From IMG/VR virus record IMGVR_UViG_3300027751_000011: a stretch of DNA of 20,000 bases; one strand, given 5' to 3'. Below, one piece after another: positions 17,688 through 20,000 of this stretch (its first letter is position 1; each line of letters starts with the position of its first letter). Made by a program: the position numbers and the translations under genes. This stretch comes from an uncultured virus (IMG/VR IMGVR_UViG_3300027751_000011) (lineage: Duplodnaviria; Heunggongvirae; Uroviricota; Caudoviricetes). The notes under the pieces were generated by a model, which saw only the letters and a list, made by a program, of their open reading frames with translations, did no database searches and had not been told where the DNA came from.

Positions 17688-19187
17688 TTAATTTCCTACG
17701 CCATCTATTATTTGTTTCTGCGTTAATGGCAGTGACTTTCGAGGATTATATCCTTTTACATTTTCTTTACCATACCAGACTTTTACAGTATTCTGAACAT
17801 CCCACCATGGTGCTTCTGTAGTAGCAAGAATATCATACAGCGCCAATGCTTGTATGCCAGGCTTAACTTCATATATTGCTTGCAAAAGATTGCGCATAGT
17901 TTTAATTTGTGCTGCGCTAGCGTTCCATTCAAGTTGCTCAAGCGCAATCAATATAGTTCTTTCAGAATGATCTGGAAGACCATCATAATAAATACCCGTA
18001 CCCTTTATTTCTAATGGTCTACCTCTATGCACAACACCGGATTGATCAACGAATAGGTGTGGTTCTAGTCCTTGATTATATTCATCTACAAATACCTGGT
18101 GATATTCTTCAACCTTTCCTTTTCCATCAGAAGCAAATACATTCCATGCTTCTATTACTACCTGCGTGACATCTCTTTTTAAATTAGCTATTTCAGTACT
18201 AACTTCGGCATAGTCCACAATAGAATCAAATATTTTAGAATTAGGATTGGTGTTAGCTTCTCTCCAAACATTTGTATAATCGTCAGTTCTTTTTGTAGGT
18301 ATATCTATAGCAGCTGCTTTAGGCTCTAGCGCTTTTGATGCTCTATTATCTATTTGCCTAATAGCATTTTCTAATTCAGCATCTGGTCGATCAGAATACT
18401 TTTTAAGTACTTTGACGCCTTCTGCAATATTGCCTTCTTTCTTTAGATTTACAATTCTAGTAATATCTTCAGGTGAAACATTGCTAACTACATTATTCTT
18501 TATAGCTACTTTGCCTAATGTGTTTTCAGTTGATCTAAAAGATTCTTCAACTAAATTGCCTATAAGATCATCAAAACCAAAGGAAACTTTATTTAAAATA
18601 TTATTAAAGGATTTTAATTGCGCGTTAATAGCATTATTTGACACGCTGCTAATAGATAAATCGGTATTCTGTAAAACATCACCAAGTACTGTATCGAGTA
18701 TATTATCTTTAAAAAGTTCAGAAGAAACATTATTATTTACGATATCTTTTATTCCACTAGAATTTATATCAGTGGTATCTTTTATAACTTGGGCTAGCGC
18801 TTCAGGAAACGGTGCGCTAATGGCTACATCCAAAAAACCATCGGCCGCAAGTCTAGCATCTCCAGCAATAGCAGTTAAATCAATCTTATCAGCTGCTTCA
18901 ACAACTTTAACAAGATCTGGTGTGCTTGCAGAAGGATCTAATTGGACTAGACCTAATTGTTTTGTTACTTGTTCAGGAACAGAACCAGTAGCATTTGAGA
19001 TAATATCTCTATCAGTACTGGCAACAGATTTAAATCCTCCTGACACAGCCGCATCAGACTTATACTTAAAACTTAGTGCTGCGCTCTGTAACTCTACCAA
19101 ATCGCTAACATCAGAAGAAGCTTTTGACAAATTAAGAAACGACTCTACAGTCTTAAGGCTACCTTCTAAAAGATCTTTTGCCGACAT
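17688..19187 (-). CDS. Hub-associated protein: helical N-terminal region + C-terminal Amidase_2/T7 lysozyme/PGRP-like fold, probably non-catalytic (499 aa)
   Basis: C-terminal ~160 aa aligns by eye with T7 lysozyme (HLFVDQSGVVHRGRP ~ HFIIKRDGTVEAGRD; SAAQIKTMRNLL ~ TPAQMQSLRSLL; APWWDV ~ CPSFDL); AGGAG RBS and TAATG coupling. Confidence 0.7.
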   Translation of the reverse strand: MSAKDLLEGSLKTVESFLNLSKASSDVSDLVELQSAALSFKYKSDAAVSGGFKSVASTDRDIISNATGSVPEQVTKQLGLVQLDPSASTPDLVKVVEAADKIDLTAIAGDARLAADGFLDVAISAPFPEALAQVIKDTTDINSSGIKDIVNNNVSSELFKDNILDTVLGDVLQNTDLSISSVSNNAINAQLKSFNNILNKVSFGFDDLIGNLVEESFRSTENTLGKVAIKNNVVSNVSPEDITRIVNLKKEGNIAEGVKVLKKYSDRPDAELENAIRQIDNRASKALEPKAAAIDIPTKRTDDYTNVWREANTNPNSKIFDSIVDYAEVSTEIANLKRDVTQVVIEAWNVFASDGKGKVEEYHQVFVDEYNQGLEPHLFVDQSGVVHRGRPLEIKGTGIYYDGLPDHSERTILIALEQLEWNASAAQIKTMRNLLQAIYEVKPGIQALALYDILATTEAPWWDVQNTVKVWYGKENVKGYNPRKSLPLTQKQIIDGVGN

Positions 19188-20000
19188 TATCTAGCTCCTG
19201 ATGATATTAGATTGGTTTCAGCGCTTAACACTAAAGATGCTTTATATGTATCATATGCTTTTCGTGCTGCAGCAGGACGAGACCTTCCGTTGTGTGTGTA
19301 GTATAAGGGATCTGCTTTTTCAAATACGTCAAAAAAATGAAAGGTTGAGTTAGTATCATCTTTTGGACCATCAAAGTTAGTTATATTAGATGCTTCTTTT
19401 AAATGATTCCAGCATTTGTGAATACCGCCTGTTTTCATATCATACACTAAAAATTTTAATTGTAAGAAAATGTCATAAGGATCTTCATTTAGTTCTGAAG
19501 CATATGCTTCCACTCTTTGCCACCTTCCCCACCTAGAGTTCCACTGAGCTATACCTCTAGAATCTTCTATACCATCTTGGTTTTTAGCATTCGGATTAAA
19601 GTTACTTTCTATTTCGAGATTACCGCAAACACCTGCAGCAGATTTAATTGGAAGGCCATTCGAAATTAAAAAGTCCATAACTAAGATTCTTAACTGATCT
19701 ATATCTTCAGTACCGTTTTCATATATCTGTCTTTGCTGTTGGCTTATTACAACGCCTTCTTTACCGATATTTCTTTTATCTAAGAGATTAATTCTGCCAG
19801 CTTGTGCAGCTGCAGTTACTTGAGTGCTAGAAGGTTGTTCAATATGACTCATAGATCCGACTATAATAGGATTCTGAGATAGTGCTCCATCCATAAAAAA
19901 CCCAAATACTAGTGCGCTCTTTTTCATTTGAGGTATTTTGCCTATTCCAGAAACACCACCTTCAGTTGTAGGCAATACTGTTTCAGCCCAAGGAAGGTAC
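19187..20000 (-). CDS. gp5: Baseplate hub gp5 N-terminal part: Gp5 OB fold + phage tail lysozyme (Phage_lysozyme2-like); true start beyond right edge
   Basis: Frame is open to the edge (YLPWAETVLPTTEGGVSGIG..P.....VFGFFMDG..SQNPIIVGS = gp5 OB motif), so the TTG start at 19975 is not the real start. Then AAGVCGNLEIESNFNP...GIAQW...R...QLKFLVYDM...FFDVFEK = tail lysozyme with its conserved Glu. Confidence 0.85.
   Translation of the reverse strand, partial: YLPWAETVLPTTEGGVSGIGKIPQMKKSALVFGFFMDGALSQNPIIVGSMSHIEQPSSTQVTAAAQAGRINLLDKRNIGKEGVVISQQQRQIYENGTEDIDQLRILVMDFLISNGLPIKSAAGVCGNLEIESNFNPNAKNQDGIEDSRGIAQWNSRWGRWQRVEAYASELNEDPYDIFLQLKFLVYDMKTGGIHKCWNHLKEASNITNFDGPKDDTNSTFHFFDVFEKADPLYYTHNGRSRPAAARKAYDTYKASLVLSAETNLISSGAR

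Noticed and set aside
5118..19194. All other plus-strand ORFs, including the 260-aa ORF at 18412-19194
   Set aside because: Antisense to well-supported minus-strand genes, S/L/I/V/P-rich shadow composition, mostly non-ATG starts, no recognisable motifs.
1..20000. CRISPR arrays, tRNAs, introns, homing endonucleases, intrinsic terminators
   Set aside because: Intergenic gaps are all under 40 nt; I saw no spaced repeats, hairpin-U tracts or LAGLIDADG/GIY-YIG/HNH motifs.
14731..20000. Bacterial T6SS or extracellular contractile injection system (VgrG, TssE-like)
   Set aside because: gp6/gp7/gp8/gp9/VrlC motifs and TATAAATA late promoters are specifically T4-like phage features.

Overview
The whole window is an AT-rich, tightly packed, minus-strand virion-structure operon of a T4-like (Tevenvirinae/Kyanoviridae-grade) myophage. 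In transcription order (right to left): gp5 N-part (OB fold + tail lysozyme, cut by the right edge), a 499-aa protein ending in a T7-lysozyme/PGRP-like amidase fold lacking its catalytic residues, gp5 C-part (beta-helix needle + degenerate M15-like + apparently intact M15 peptidase), gp25, gp6, short gp7-like, gp9/10-like, gp8, a VrlC/DUF4815-like protein split into three genes, a 71-aa coiled-coil protein, and a >1180-aa tail fibre that the ORF track omits because it runs off the left edge. Three T4 late-promoter motifs (TATAAATA) lie on the coding strand. Most interesting: (1) a tripartite baseplate hub/spike locus carrying four peptidoglycan-related domains, two apparently active and two apparently dead; (2) strong, codon-independent enrichment of the tripeptide D-S-A in the proximal fibre, also present in baseplate proteins, a possible modification sequon; (3) a clean three-way fission of VrlC/DUF4815. 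All family calls are from motif recognition by eye; no searches were run.
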